Shown here one piece after another: positions 1 through 8,647 of a stretch of DNA of 64,000 nt; positions within the stretch are counted from its first letter, which is position 1, and each line of letters opens with the position of its first letter. The notes beneath the pieces were generated by a model, which was not told the DNA's origin, did no database searches, and worked only from the letters and a program-made list of their open reading frames with translations. The stretch covers positions 11,305 through 75,304 of the forward strand of contig DAOUIY010000060.1 of NCBI GenBank assembly GCA_034423215.1, in the 5' to 3' direction. This DNA comes from Dehalococcoidia bacterium (GTDB lineage: Bacteria > Chloroflexota > Dehalococcoidia > Lucifugimonadales > UBA3495). The position numbers and the translations under genes were made by a program.

Positions 1-20
1 GACGGGTCGGACTCGAGAGG

Positions 21-413
21 CTACTTTACCTCGGCTACCGCTCCGGCCTCTTCCAGCTTGGCCTTGATGCCTTCTGCCTCGTCCTTGGCCACCGCTTCCT
101 TGACCCGGGCCGGGGCCGACTCCACCAGTTCCTTGGCTTCCCGCAGGCCCAGGGAGGTAATCTCGCGCACGGCCTTAATGACGTTTATCTTGTTGGGGCC
201 TATCTCGGCCAGGTTAACGTCAAACTCGGTCTGTTCGTCGTCGGCAGCGGCAGCGGCGGCAGCGGCTCCGTCACCGGCGGCAGGCGCGGCGGCAACGGCC
301 ACCGGCGCGGCGGCGGTAATCCCGAACTCGTCCTCCAGCGCCTTGACCAGGTCGGCCAGCTCCAGCACGCTCATGCCCTTGATAGTTTCCAGCAGTTCCT
401 CTTTAGTAGCCAT
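21..413 (-). CDS. rplL: 50S ribosomal protein L7/L12
   Basis: [31 protein letters not shown]...[14 protein letters not shown] is canonical L7/L12. Started at the internal ATG 413 (AAGGAGG just upstream), not at ORF-track Met 461. Lies downstream of rplJ. Confidence 0.95.
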   Translation of the reverse strand: MATKEELLETIKGMSVLELADLVKALEDEFGITAAAPVAVAAAPAAGDGAAAAAAAADDEQTEFDVNLAEIGPNKINVIKAVREITSLGLREAKELVESAPARVKEAVAKDEAEGIKAKLEEAGAVAEVK

Positions 414-470
414 GGGGCCTCCTTTGCTCTTTTTGGTTTTCTGATTCAGGTAAGGAGCCAAACCGCTCCT

Positions 471-500
471 CGTCTGGGTCGTCTGGGTCGTCTGGGTCGT
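471..500. repeat. 9-bp tandem repeat (cgtctgggt x3.3) in the rplJ-rplL spacer
   Basis: Read directly: cgtctgggtcgtctgggtcgtctgggtcgt. Confidence 0.85.
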
Positions 501-553
501 TGAGGTTGTGGCCGTCCCTGTTATGGGCCGCGGCCTCGTGGCGATGCGCTAGA

Positions 554-1093
554 CTACGCAGCCTCGCCGCCCTCTTCCAGTTGGCGGATGCGGGCCTGCA
601 GTAGTCCGTCCAGGTTCTGCAGGGGCCCGTTGAGGACGCCCAGCAACCTGGAGATAGGCGACTGCATCTGGCCCAGCAGATTGGCCACCAGTTGAGGCTT
701 CGACGGCAGGGTTGCCAGTCTCTCCACCTCGTTGGGCGGCAACACGGGCCCCGGACCCATGATAGCGCCATGGATCGCCAGCGGGGACCTGGTAGTCCGT
801 ATGTAATCATTGACGGCGCGGGCGGTATCCACCGGATCGTCGTAACCGAAGGCTATGGCCGTGGGCCCCTCCAGAATCTCGCTGAACTGGGGCACCTGCG
901 CCTCTTCGGCCGCCAGGTTCGCCAGGGTATTCTTTACGACGACGAACTCCACGCCAGCGTCGCGCATCCGGCGGCGCAGTTCCGTCATGTCGTTAACGGG
1001 AATGCCGGAATAGCCTGCGGTCAACGCTATGGAACACCGCTCCAGCTTCTCCTTTATTTCCGCCACGCGCTCTATTTTGGCCTGTGTTGGCAA
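554..1093 (-). CDS. rplJ: 50S ribosomal protein L10
   Basis: MPTQAKIERVAEIKEKLERCSIALTAGYSGIPVNDMTELRRRMRDAGVEFVVVKNTLA matches the L10 family. Shows rplJ-rplL synteny. Confidence 0.93.
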   Translation of the reverse strand: MPTQAKIERVAEIKEKLERCSIALTAGYSGIPVNDMTELRRRMRDAGVEFVVVKNTLANLAAEEAQVPQFSEILEGPTAIAFGYDDPVDTARAVNDYIRTTRSPLAIHGAIMGPGPVLPPNEVERLATLPSKPQLVANLLGQMQSPISRLLGVLNGPLQNLDGLLQARIRQLEEGGEAA

Positions 1094-1171
1094 ATGCTTA
1101 CCTCCTCATTTCATAACTGTTGCACTGCAGAATTCGTGGATTATACCTGCAATTTCTACCTGAGCATTCAG

Positions 1172-1504
1172 CTATTCCAGGTAATCTTGGCTTTCGCCAT
1201 TTGCGGGACTTTCAGATTCTTCGACATCGTCATTCCACGCCAGGCGGTCTATCAATTCCGCCAGCAGGAAAATTACCACCCCCATGGTTCCCAGATATAA
1301 TACTGAACGCCATACATTTGTGAGTCCTTGCAGTAAATATCGGTCCGCCGTCTCCTCTGGAATGAACTCGTTTGTCCTTGCATCGGCTACAATCCAGAGA
1401 AGGTCGTAAGCTCCGACGACCAGCGCAGACACCACGACAACAATTCCAATCCATCGGCCAACCGCCGGAATGTTCCAGCCTCGCTCCTTGCTGTATGGAA
1501 CCAC
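1172..1504 (-). CDS. hypothetical small membrane protein (2 predicted TM segments)
   Basis: 110-aa ORF with hydrophobic stretches WIGIVVVVSALVVGAY and VLYLGTMGVVIFLLAEL and an acidic tail. No family recognised. GC is lower than in the flanking r-protein genes. Confidence 0.4.
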   Translation of the reverse strand: MVPYSKERGWNIPAVGRWIGIVVVVSALVVGAYDLLWIVADARTNEFIPEETADRYLLQGLTNVWRSVLYLGTMGVVIFLLAELIDRLAWNDDVEESESPANGESQDYLE

Positions 1505-1523
1505 TAACCCTCTCTGACCTGGC

Positions 1524-1655
1524 AGGTCAACTCATTTAAACCGGCGGGTAAAACATCTCCGCTCACCCTGGGCCTGCCGAAGGGCCGTCCTTTTATGGTT
1601 CGACTGGCTCCCCAGGAACGGACTTCTGGGTTTACCCGTCAATGCAAAGGCGTTG
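1524..1655 (+). repeat. interspersed MITE/REP-like repeat, family A (diverged copy)
   Basis: Core ccgctcaccctgGgcctgCcgaagggccg...ggttcgacTggctc...tttacccgtcaatgcaaag is shared with 30848-30985 and 34196-34348. Confidence 0.7.
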
Positions 1656-1903
1656 GGTTAATAGGCTATAAGAAAAAATCCCTACGTCATGCAGATGAGA
1701 CGCAGGGAAAATCGGCAAACCATGTCGAAAAACCCGTCATTTGCGCCTCGGCAGGCGGCCCGCCACATTCATGCATGGCGCTGGGCCCTTGGCTCCCCTG
1801 AGGGAGACCGGCGGTCTACAGCGTTATTGGGTTGTATTTGTATCGCTTGAATGTACTGTCTCTGTTCCCGCTCCCGGTGGTGCAGCTTAATTGGTGGTTC
1901 AAC

Positions 1904-2030
1904 TCATCGCAACCGACGGATAGTATATCCGCTCACCCTGAGCCTGTTGAAGGGCCGCCCGTTAGCGGTTTAACAAGTCGAGGGTTCGACAAGCTCACCA
2001 CCGGCGGACTCTCAGCCTATCCATCACCTC
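1904..2030 (+). repeat. interspersed repeat, family A
   Basis: gtggttcaactcat...ccgctcaccctgagcctgttgaagggccgcccgtt...gggttcgacaagctcaccac. Confidence 0.75.
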
Positions 2031-2240
2031 TATGACGACGCACCACTAAACCAATACCAGGGTGAAATGTGCGGCGCTCCTTCTCCCCTTTCCTTGAGGG
2101 ACAGGGGCCGGGGGTGAGGGCAGCCCCCTAACCTTGACTAGACCTCACCGAGGCAAAATGCTCATCCCACTTCGACTTTAGTCCAAATGCCCTTTAGGGC
2201 TCGGAACAGACTACCACGAAACTGGGCAAATGGCTAATCG

Positions 2241-2954
2241 CTAATCCGGCCTCAAAGCCTGCAGCGCGTTCAGCTCTAGGGGTATGCTGGGCCCCATGGA
2301 CGAGGTGATGTAAGCAGACCTGAGGAAGGAGCCCTTGACCGCTGCCGGACGGGCCCGCACGATGGAATCGGTCAACACCGACAGGTTGTCCATCAAACGG
2401 TCGGTATCGAAGCTCGCCTTGCCGAATGCGCAATGTATGATGGCCGTGCGGTCGGTGCGGTACTCCACGCGCCCTGCCTTGGACTCTTCAATCACCCGGC
2501 CCAGGTCCCGCGGCTGTACCATGGTCCCCGTCCTGGGGTTGGGCATCAGGCCCCGGCGGCCCAGAATCCGGCCCAGCTTGCCAATCTTGGGCATAATCTC
2601 GGGCGTGGCCAGGCCAACCTCAAAATCCAGCCATCCGCCCTCAATCTGGGCTATCAGGTCGTCGTCGCCCACGTAGTCGGCGCCCGCCTGCCGGGCAATC
2701 TCGGCGCCCTCGCCGCTGGTAAATACCAATACCCGAATCTGCTTTCCCAGGCCATGGGGCAGCACCGTAACCTCCCTCACCATCTGGTCGGCATGGCGCG
2801 GGTCGGCGCTGGTGCGCACGTGAATCTCCATGGTCTCGTCAAACTTGGTATTGGCCAGTTCCTTCAGCAGGTCAATGGCTTCCCTGGGCTGGTACTGCTT
2901 GTCCGGCTCAATCCGCTCGGCTACTGCCGCGTATCTCTTGCTGTGCTTGGGCAT
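2241..2954 (-). CDS. rplA: 50S ribosomal protein L1
   Basis: MPKHSKRYAAVAERIEPDKQYQPREAIDLLKELANTKFDETMEIHVRT... is canonical L1. Lies downstream of rplK. Confidence 0.95.
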   Translation of the reverse strand: MPKHSKRYAAVAERIEPDKQYQPREAIDLLKELANTKFDETMEIHVRTSADPRHADQMVREVTVLPHGLGKQIRVLVFTSGEGAEIARQAGADYVGDDDLIAQIEGGWLDFEVGLATPEIMPKIGKLGRILGRRGLMPNPRTGTMVQPRDLGRVIEESKAGRVEYRTDRTAIIHCAFGKASFDTDRLMDNLSVLTDSIVRARPAAVKGSFLRSAYITSSMGPSIPLELNALQALRPD

Positions 2955-2959
2955 ATCTG

Positions 2960-3388
2960 CTAATCCCCTTCCACGCTGATGCCCATGCTCCGGGCGGTGC
3001 CTTCAATTATGGACATAGCCTGTTCTACCGAATTGGCGTTGAGGTCCTTAAGCTTGGACTCCGCTATTTCCCGCAGGGAGTCGCGGCTGATAACCCCGGC
3101 GTTGCCCTGCCGCGAATCGCCGCTGCCCTTTTCCACGCCGGCGGCCCGCCGCAGCAGGTCGGAGGCCGGGGGAGTGCGGGTTACGAAGGTGAACGATCGG
3201 TCCTCGAAAACCGTCAGGTGTACCGGAACTATGGTTCCCGCCTGCGAGGAAGTCCGCTCGTTATATTCCTTGACGAACCCCATGATATTTACGCCGTGCT
3301 GACCCAGGGCCGGGCCCACCGGCGGGGCGGGGGTTGCCTTGCCCGCCTCCAGTTGCAACTTGATTATTGCTCTGACCTTTTTTGCCAC
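2960..3388 (-). CDS. rplK: 50S ribosomal protein L11
   Basis: [43 protein letters not shown] is canonical L11. Confidence 0.96.
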   Translation of the reverse strand: MAKKVRAIIKLQLEAGKATPAPPVGPALGQHGVNIMGFVKEYNERTSSQAGTIVPVHLTVFEDRSFTFVTRTPPASDLLRRAAGVEKGSGDSRQGNAGVISRDSLREIAESKLKDLNANSVEQAMSIIEGTARSMGISVEGD

Positions 3389-3403
3389 CGGGTCCTCCTA
3401 AGC

Positions 3404-3991
3404 CTATGCGCGTTCAACCTGCAGAAAGTCCAGTTCCACGGGGGTTTCCCGTCCGAAAAATGAGACCAGCACCCGTACCTTGCCCTTGCTCTCGTCCACG
3501 TCTCCCACGGCGCCTACAAAGTCAATGAACGGCCCCTCGGTAATGCGGACCATGTCGCCGGCCTGCAGGCCTATCTTTATCCGTGCCGGGCCCGTTTCCG
3601 ACTGCTTCAGTATGGAGTCCAGCTGGGAGTCTTCCAGCGGCACCGGCTTGGGCCGCGTGTCGTAATCGTCCTCGGTGGAAATGAACCCCGTCACCCCGGG
3701 CGTGTTGCGGACCACGTACCAGCTTTCGTCGTCCATGTTCATTTGCACCAGGATGTAGCCGGGAAACAGCTTCCGCTGCTCCGACTTCCGCTTGCCGTCC
3801 TTGAAGATAACCTCTTCCTCGGTGGGAACAACCACCTGGAAAATCCGGTCCTGCATATCCAGGCTCTGGATACGCATGTCCAGGTTCTTCTTCACCCGGT
3901 CTTCCTGTCCCGAATAGGTATGGACTATATACCAGCGAAGGTCCTGGACCTCTTCTTCTTCTTCGACCCAGCTATTTCTTTCTGTGGTCAT
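3404..3991 (-). CDS. nusG: transcription termination/antitermination factor NusG
   Basis: WYIVHTYSGQEDRVKKNL (NGN domain) and a C-terminal KOW (GDMVRITEGPFIDFVGAVGDVD). Shows secE-nusG-rplK synteny. Confidence 0.93.
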   Translation of the reverse strand: MTTERNSWVEEEEEVQDLRWYIVHTYSGQEDRVKKNLDMRIQSLDMQDRIFQVVVPTEEEVIFKDGKRKSEQRKLFPGYILVQMNMDDESWYVVRNTPGVTGFISTEDDYDTRPKPVPLEDSQLDSILKQSETGPARIKIGLQAGDMVRITEGPFIDFVGAVGDVDESKGKVRVLVSFFGRETPVELDFLQVERA

Positions 3992-4181
3992 GGGTTCTCA
4001 CGCTCAATCGAAACTAGGCACCCGCGAAACCGGGACCCACCGGGGCAGCGACTGCTGCGGAACCGCCCTTGAACTTGCAAGCCCGCCACGGCGGCGGGCT
4101 TGTCCTTTCGTAGCAGGATTGTCCTGAGTCCGAAGGCAATGCAACGGGCACGCCTTCCCTGATTTAGGAATCTACAGGCGC

Positions 4182-4442
4182 CTAAAACACCTGGAAGATG
4201 GCGAAAATGCCCCGGTTGAACAACTCGGCGAACACCCGGTCCAGGCCCCCCAGGAAGAACCCCACGGCCACCGACAGGGCAATAACGATGGCGGTAAGCC
4301 GGGCCGTCTCCTCCTTGCTGGGCCAGACCGACTTCCTCAGTTCCGCCACCACCTCCTGCAGGAACGTGATCGGGCTTACCCGACCCATGCTGCGGGGGCT
4401 GATGGGCGACTGGTTGCGTTGCTGGGCGCTTACCCGGGCCAT
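4182..4442 (-). CDS. secE: preprotein translocase subunit SecE
   Basis: FLQEVVAELRKSVWPSKEETARLTAIVIALSVAVGFFLGGLD is the SecE signature with a single TM. Position lies between rpmG and nusG. Confidence 0.88.
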   Translation of the reverse strand: MARVSAQQRNQSPISPRSMGRVSPITFLQEVVAELRKSVWPSKEETARLTAIVIALSVAVGFFLGGLDRVFAELFNRGIFAIFQVF

Positions 4443-4448
4443 AATTGA

Positions 4449-4619
4449 CTACCGTACTTCCCGGTGAGTCTTGTGCCCGCGGCAGCGGGAGCAGTACTTC
4501 CGCAGTTCCATCCGCTGGGTGTCGTTCCGACGATTCTTGACCGTGGAATAGTTCCGCTCCCGGCAATCGCCGCACTGGAGGGTTATTACCCCACGAATAT
4601 CTGCTGACTTTCGTGCCAT
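4449..4619 (-). CDS. rpmG: 50S ribosomal protein L33
   Basis: Not in the ORF track (56 aa). Hand translation gives [56 protein letters not shown], with two CxxC pairs typical of L33. Confidence 0.9.
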   Translation of the reverse strand: MARKSADIRGVITLQCGDCRERNYSTVKNRRNDTQRMELRKYCSRCRGHKTHREVR

Positions 4620-4681
4620 CTGCTACCTCTCCCTTTCATCCGTCCGGCCCCGGTCTAGCTACCAGCCCCGGCGTCTGCCCC

Positions 4682-4805
4682 GGTCAAACCCTGATCGCTG
4701 AATACTATCGCCGCTCGTTCTGAGCCTGTCGAAGGGCCGCCCGTTGGCAACTTGATAGTTTCATGGTTCGAAAAGCTCACCACAAACGGATTATCTACTT
4801 GTCCA
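4682..4805 (+). repeat. interspersed repeat, family A
   Basis: gccgctcgttctgagcctgtcgaagggccgcccgttggcaacttgatagtttcatggttcgaaaagctcaccac. Confidence 0.75.
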
Positions 4806-5000
4806 ATGCGATTGCAATATAGACAAATGTCATGCTGAGCGAAGCCAAAGCATCTAGATGCCTACCCGGCAACCTGGTTCCAGTGTCCCGGTCACGGTTT
4901 TCCGCCAGGACTTCAGACACTTCGACAAGCCCGGGCCAACACCCACTTCCAGTCAAACAACCTTGCCCAGGTTACGACAACCTTATAACGCAATTGCCCC
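4803..5000 (+). repeat. interspersed MITE-like repeat, family D (tgtcatgctgagcgaagcc core)
   Basis: Ends ccaatgcgattgcaata ... ataacgcaattgcccc form an inverted pair. Core tgtcatgctgagcgaagccaaagcatcta is shared with 37311-37536 and 59566-59760. Ends 6 nt before the tuf stop codon. Confidence 0.75.
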
Positions 5001-5005
5001 GTCTG

Positions 5006-6190
5006 CTAGTCCAGCAGCTTGGTAATCACGCCCGAGCCCACCGTGCGGCCACCCTCGCGAATGGCGAAGCGCTGCCGCTCTTCCAGGGCGATGGGGGTAA
5101 TCAGGTTCACGGTCATGGTTACGTTGTCGCCGGGCATTACCATTTCCACGCCTTCCGGCAGGGTAATCTCCCCGGTGATGTCGCTGGTCCGGATGTAGAA
5201 CTGGGGCTTGTACCCGGAGAAGAAGGGGGTATGCCGCCCGCCTTCCTCGCGGCTCAACACGTAAACCTCAGCTTCCGCGTACCGGTGGGGCTGCATGGAG
5301 CCCGGCTTCACCACCACCTGCCCGCGCTCCACCTCGTCCCGGTCCACGCCGCGCAGCAGAATGCCCACGGCATCGCCGGCCTCGGTGGAATCCAGCAGCT
5401 TGTGGAACATCTCCAGGCCGGTGGCCACGGTGCGGCGCACGTCGCCCGACCGGATGATTTCAATTTCCTCGCCCTGCTTCAGCATCCCGCGCTCAACGCG
5501 GCCGGTCACCACGGTGCCGCGGCCCTTGATGCCGAATACGTCCTCGATGGGCATCAGGAAGGGACGGTCGGTCAGGCGCTCGGGAACGGGAATGTACTCG
5601 TCCATCGCCTGCACCAGGTTCGCCACGCCCTCCATGGCCTCCGGCTCTCCCTCCATCGCGTTCAGGGCGCTCACCCGCACGATGGGGGTGTCGTCGCCGG
5701 GGAAGTCGTAGGTGGAGAGCAGCTCCCGCACTTCCAGTTCCACCAACTCCAGCAGTTCCTCGTCATCCATCATGTCAACCTTGTTCAGGGCGACCAGGAT
5801 GCGGGGCACTTCCACCTGGCGGGCCAGGAGAATGTGTTCCCGGGTCTGGGGCATGGGGCCGTCCGGGGCGCTCACTACCAGCACTGCTCCGTCCATCTGG
5901 GCGGCGCCGGTAATCATGTTCTTGATGTAGTCTGCGTGGCCGGGGCAGTCCACATGGGCATAGTGGCGGGTATCGCTTTCGTACTCCACGTGGGCGATAG
6001 CGATAGTCACGCCTCGCTCCCGCTCTTCCGGCGCATTGTCAATGCTGCCGAAATCCCGGAAGTTGGCCATTCCCTTCTCGGCCATCACCCTGGTAATGGC
6101 AGCGGTGAGGGTGGTCTTGCCGTGGTCAACGTGACCGATGGTGCCCACATTTACGTGGGGCTTGGTACGATCGAACTGCTGCTTGGCCAT
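5006..6190 (-). CDS. tuf: translation elongation factor Tu
   Basis: [18 protein letters not shown] and NKVD GTPase motifs. Full-length EF-Tu-like 394 aa. Confidence 0.98.
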   Translation of the reverse strand: MAKQQFDRTKPHVNVGTIGHVDHGKTTLTAAITRVMAEKGMANFRDFGSIDNAPEERERGVTIAIAHVEYESDTRHYAHVDCPGHADYIKNMITGAAQMDGAVLVVSAPDGPMPQTREHILLARQVEVPRILVALNKVDMMDDEELLELVELEVRELLSTYDFPGDDTPIVRVSALNAMEGEPEAMEGVANLVQAMDEYIPVPERLTDRPFLMPIEDVFGIKGRGTVVTGRVERGMLKQGEEIEIIRSGDVRRTVATGLEMFHKLLDSTEAGDAVGILLRGVDRDEVERGQVVVKPGSMQPHRYAEAEVYVLSREEGGRHTPFFSGYKPQFYIRTSDITGEITLPEGVEMVMPGDNVTMTVNLITPIALEERQRFAIREGGRTVGSGVITKLLD

Positions 6191-6227
6191 CTCTTGTCTT
6201 ACTCTCCTGCTTTTCCTTTGGGAATGA

Positions 6228-6302
6228 TGGAGCCCAGAGGCGGGATTGAACCGCCGACCCCGTTCTTACCAAGAACGTGCTCTACCGCTGAGCTATCTGG
6301 GC
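6228..6302 (-). tRNA. tRNA-Thr (anticodon GGU), CCA encoded
   Basis: Reverse complement GCCCAGA TA GCTC AGCGGTA GAGC A CGTTC TTGGTAA GAACG GGGTC GGCGG TTCAATC CCGCC TCTGGGC T CCA folds by hand into a cloverleaf. Confidence 0.92.
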
Positions 6303-6347
6303 TCGCGCCCCCGAATGTGGAATTAGATTTGATTTTACCAAATTGGG

Positions 6348-6435
6348 TGGTGGAGGGGGCAGGATTCGAACCTGCGAAGTCCTTCCGGACGCCAGATTTA
6401 CAGTCTGGTGGCTTTAACCACTCACCCACCCCTCC
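6348..6435 (-). tRNA. tRNA-Tyr (anticodon GUA), long variable arm, CCA encoded
   Basis: Reverse complement GGAGGGG..CCAGA CTGTAAA TCTGG CGTCCGGAAGGACTTC GCAGG TTCGAAT CCTGC CCCCTCC A CCA. Confidence 0.9.
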
Positions 6436-6518
6436 CTGCCGGCGCCTGACGCCATCACTGGAGACACGGCTTAAAAAACCCATTCTACCCGGCCCCGCCG
6501 GGTAGGGATAGTAATCTA

Positions 6519-6593
6519 TGGAGCCCCAGAGGGGACTCGAACCCCTAACCTGCCGATTACAAATCGGCTGCGCTACCGTTGCGCCACAGGGGC
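6519..6593 (-). tRNA. tRNA-Thr (anticodon UGU), CCA encoded
   Basis: Reverse complement GCCCCTG TG GCGC AACGGTA GCGC A GCCGA TTTGTAA TCGGC AGGTT AGGGG TTCGAGT CCCCT CTGGGGC T CCA. One T-T mismatch in the acceptor stem. Confidence 0.85.
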
Positions 6594-6715
6594 AGACACT
6601 ATCGTTAGACTAGAAAAAGGCCCCGCAACGTCGGGGCCATTAAACCAGCCAACTTGATACGCAAGAAATTATATAAAGGCCAAGGGCAGGTTGTCAATTG
6701 GCCGTGCTTGCATTT

Positions 6716-6847
6716 CAGGGCAAACGCAATCTAAGTTTGTGGAGACTCCGTCGATCCCGCGCAGGCGGGAACCTCGAGCTTGTTCGACCGAGAATCGGAC
6801 CCTTTAGTAGCGCTAATGACTCGTTCGTGTGTGCCAATGCGTTTGGC
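6716..6847 (+). repeat. interspersed MITE-like repeat, family E (TIR gggcaaacgcattct)
   Basis: cagggcaaacgcaatctaag...tccgtcgatcccgcgcaggcgggaacctcgag...gccaatgcgtttggc. The ends are inverted repeats. Confidence 0.7.
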
Positions 6848-7069
6848 ATGGCTGTCAATTAGCCCGTTGTCAATTGCTATGGTTGGAAGTTTGCCCCGAT
6901 GCCAAATCAAAGCCGAGGTGAAATGGACATTGCCCCTTCTCCCCTCTCCTTGGGGAGGGGGCCGGGGGTGTAGGCTGCCCTCTAAATCTACCTAAATCAC
7001 AGCAAGGCAAAAATGTACATCTCACTCTGGTATTGGTTTAGAATGACTGCGTACATTGCGAGGGGCGTT

Positions 7070-8095
7070 ATGACACTAAGCCGAATCGAATTGGAGAGAT
7101 TTACCGCCTTTGATAGCCTGAACCTGGCGCTTTCTCCCGGCATTAACGTCATGGTGGGACCCAATGGCACGGGCAAGACGCATCTGATGAAGGCGTGCTA
7201 TGCCGCCTGCGACGTTTCCAGGAAGCCGGATGTCTCTTTCGCTGCCAAATTGCTGAACGTCTTTCTGCCCTACCGCCGGGAGCCGGGAAGGTTGGCCCGG
7301 CGCAAGAAGGACGGCTCCCGCGCTTCGGTGACGGTATGGGCAGGCAACCGTTCCATAAGCGCGTCCTTCTCAGGCCGCACCAAGTCTGCGGCGTCCGTTG
7401 ACGTGAAGGGAACGGAGAGTTGGACGAAAAACTCCATCGAAAGCGTCTATATCCCGGCAAAGGAAATGTTGTCTAACGCTCCAGGATTCCGGTCGCTTTA
7501 TTCAACTCGGGAAATACACTTTGACGAGGTTTATGCGGACATTCTCGACCGCGCCTATTTGCCGGCCTTGCGCGGCGCCCTGGATGTGCCCCGCCGCAGT
7601 ATCGTTGACACCTTGCAGGGTGAATTACAGGGCAAGGTAGTTATCAAGAATGAGGAGTTCTTTCTTCAGAATGGCCGGGTAGAGTTGGAGTTTACCTTGC
7701 TGGCGGAAGGACTACGCAAGCTGGCTCTGCTGCTGGTGCTAATCCTGAACGGTAGCCTGCATCCCGGTTCAGTCCTGTTCTGGGACGAACCGGAAACGAA
7801 CTTGAACCCCAGGCTGTTCGGCACAGTAATGAACATACTCTTGGAACTACAACGAAACGGCGTCCAGGTATTCCTGGCAACCCACGACTACGTCATCCTG
7901 GAAGAGCTTGACTTCAGAAAACGGGAGGAGGATGAGGTAGCCTTTCATTCGCTGTACCGAGACGATGAAACCGGTGAAATAGCCTGCAACACGGCGAACA
8001 ATTACCTGGGCATTCATCCCAACGCAATCGCGGAAGCGTTTGACGACCTGTATGACCGTGAAATTGAGCGCAGCTTGGGACACCTAAGGCAATGA
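7070..8095 (+). CDS. ABC/AAA_21-type ATPase (SMC/RecF-like head), candidate defence ATPase
   Basis: Walker A GPNGTGKTH, signature-like LAEGLRKLALL, Walker B VLFWDEPETNLNP, H-loop LATHD. Started at ATG 7070 (MTLSRIELERF) rather than ORF-track 7013. Sampled line 7441-7500 has 29/60 GC. Confidence 0.75.
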   Translation: MTLSRIELERFTAFDSLNLALSPGINVMVGPNGTGKTHLMKACYAACDVSRKPDVSFAAKLLNVFLPYRREPGRLARRKKDGSRASVTVWAGNRSISASFSGRTKSAASVDVKGTESWTKNSIESVYIPAKEMLSNAPGFRSLYSTREIHFDEVYADILDRAYLPALRGALDVPRRSIVDTLQGELQGKVVIKNEEFFLQNGRVELEFTLLAEGLRKLALLLVLILNGSLHPGSVLFWDEPETNLNPRLFGTVMNILLELQRNGVQVFLATHDYVILEELDFRKREEDEVAFHSLYRDDETGEIACNTANNYLGIHPNAIAEAFDDLYDREIERSLGHLRQ

Positions 8096-8595
8096 CGGTG
8101 TTGACCGAAGGTAACTTGCAATTGACGGTCAACGGCGCCGTCGCCGCATGGAAGTTTGACGATTCTGGGCACGGACTGAGCCACTGCATGAAAGCGGTGG
8201 ATTTCATCATTGAACTCGACGACTGCTATTTGTACATTGAGTTCAAAGACCCCCAGTCTGACACTGCGACCCAGCGAGCTACGGAAAATTATCTGGCAAG
8301 TCTTCAGAAAGGTCAGCTTGACGAGGACTTCAAGTATAAATACCGGGATTCTTACCTTTATGAATGGGCAACGGGCCGTGCCGACAAGCCAATTGACTAT
8401 CTGGTCTTGATTGCCCTCGACACCTTGAAAACGCCCTTGTTGCGTCAACGGCGAAGAGAACTGGAAAGGAAGTTGCCCGTGCTAGGGCCAGGTGGACAAC
8501 CTTGGCCCCGGCCGATAGTGCGTAGTTGCTCCGTGTTTAACATGGATACCTGGAACCGCAATTTTCCTGACTATCCGATTACGCGGTTAACGTAG
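8092..8595 (+). CDS. hypothetical protein with PD-(D/E)xK nuclease-like motif
   Basis: ATGA overlap with the ATPase stop. AVDFIIELDDCYLYIEFKD gives D37...E50-x-K52, the classic restriction-endonuclease-fold spacing. No other family recognised. Confidence 0.55.
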   Translation: MTVLTEGNLQLTVNGAVAAWKFDDSGHGLSHCMKAVDFIIELDDCYLYIEFKDPQSDTATQRATENYLASLQKGQLDEDFKYKYRDSYLYEWATGRADKPIDYLVLIALDTLKTPLLRQRRRELERKLPVLGPGGQPWPRPIVRSCSVFNMDTWNRNFPDYPITRLT

Positions 8596-8647
8596 CCAGC
8601 TTGCCAGGACACCTGGATGCCCTCAACGCACCCCAGCCACCCCCCCA

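Noticed and set aside
3988-4575. 195-aa minus-strand ORF overlapping secE and rpmG
   Set aside because: It is out of frame with two well-supported conserved genes and has a low-complexity Pro/Gly/Arg translation.
4832-6505. 557-aa plus-strand ORF
   Set aside because: It is antisense to tuf and runs through two tRNA genes. It has a His/Gly/Ala/Leu-rich shadow-ORF composition typical of high-GC DNA.
6600-8647. Integrase-mediated tRNA-targeting genomic island
   Set aside because: No integrase gene and no direct repeat of a tRNA 3' end were seen. The tRNA-Thr 5' end, not its 3' end, faces the low-GC genes. They are treated only as an accessory insertion of unknown mechanism.
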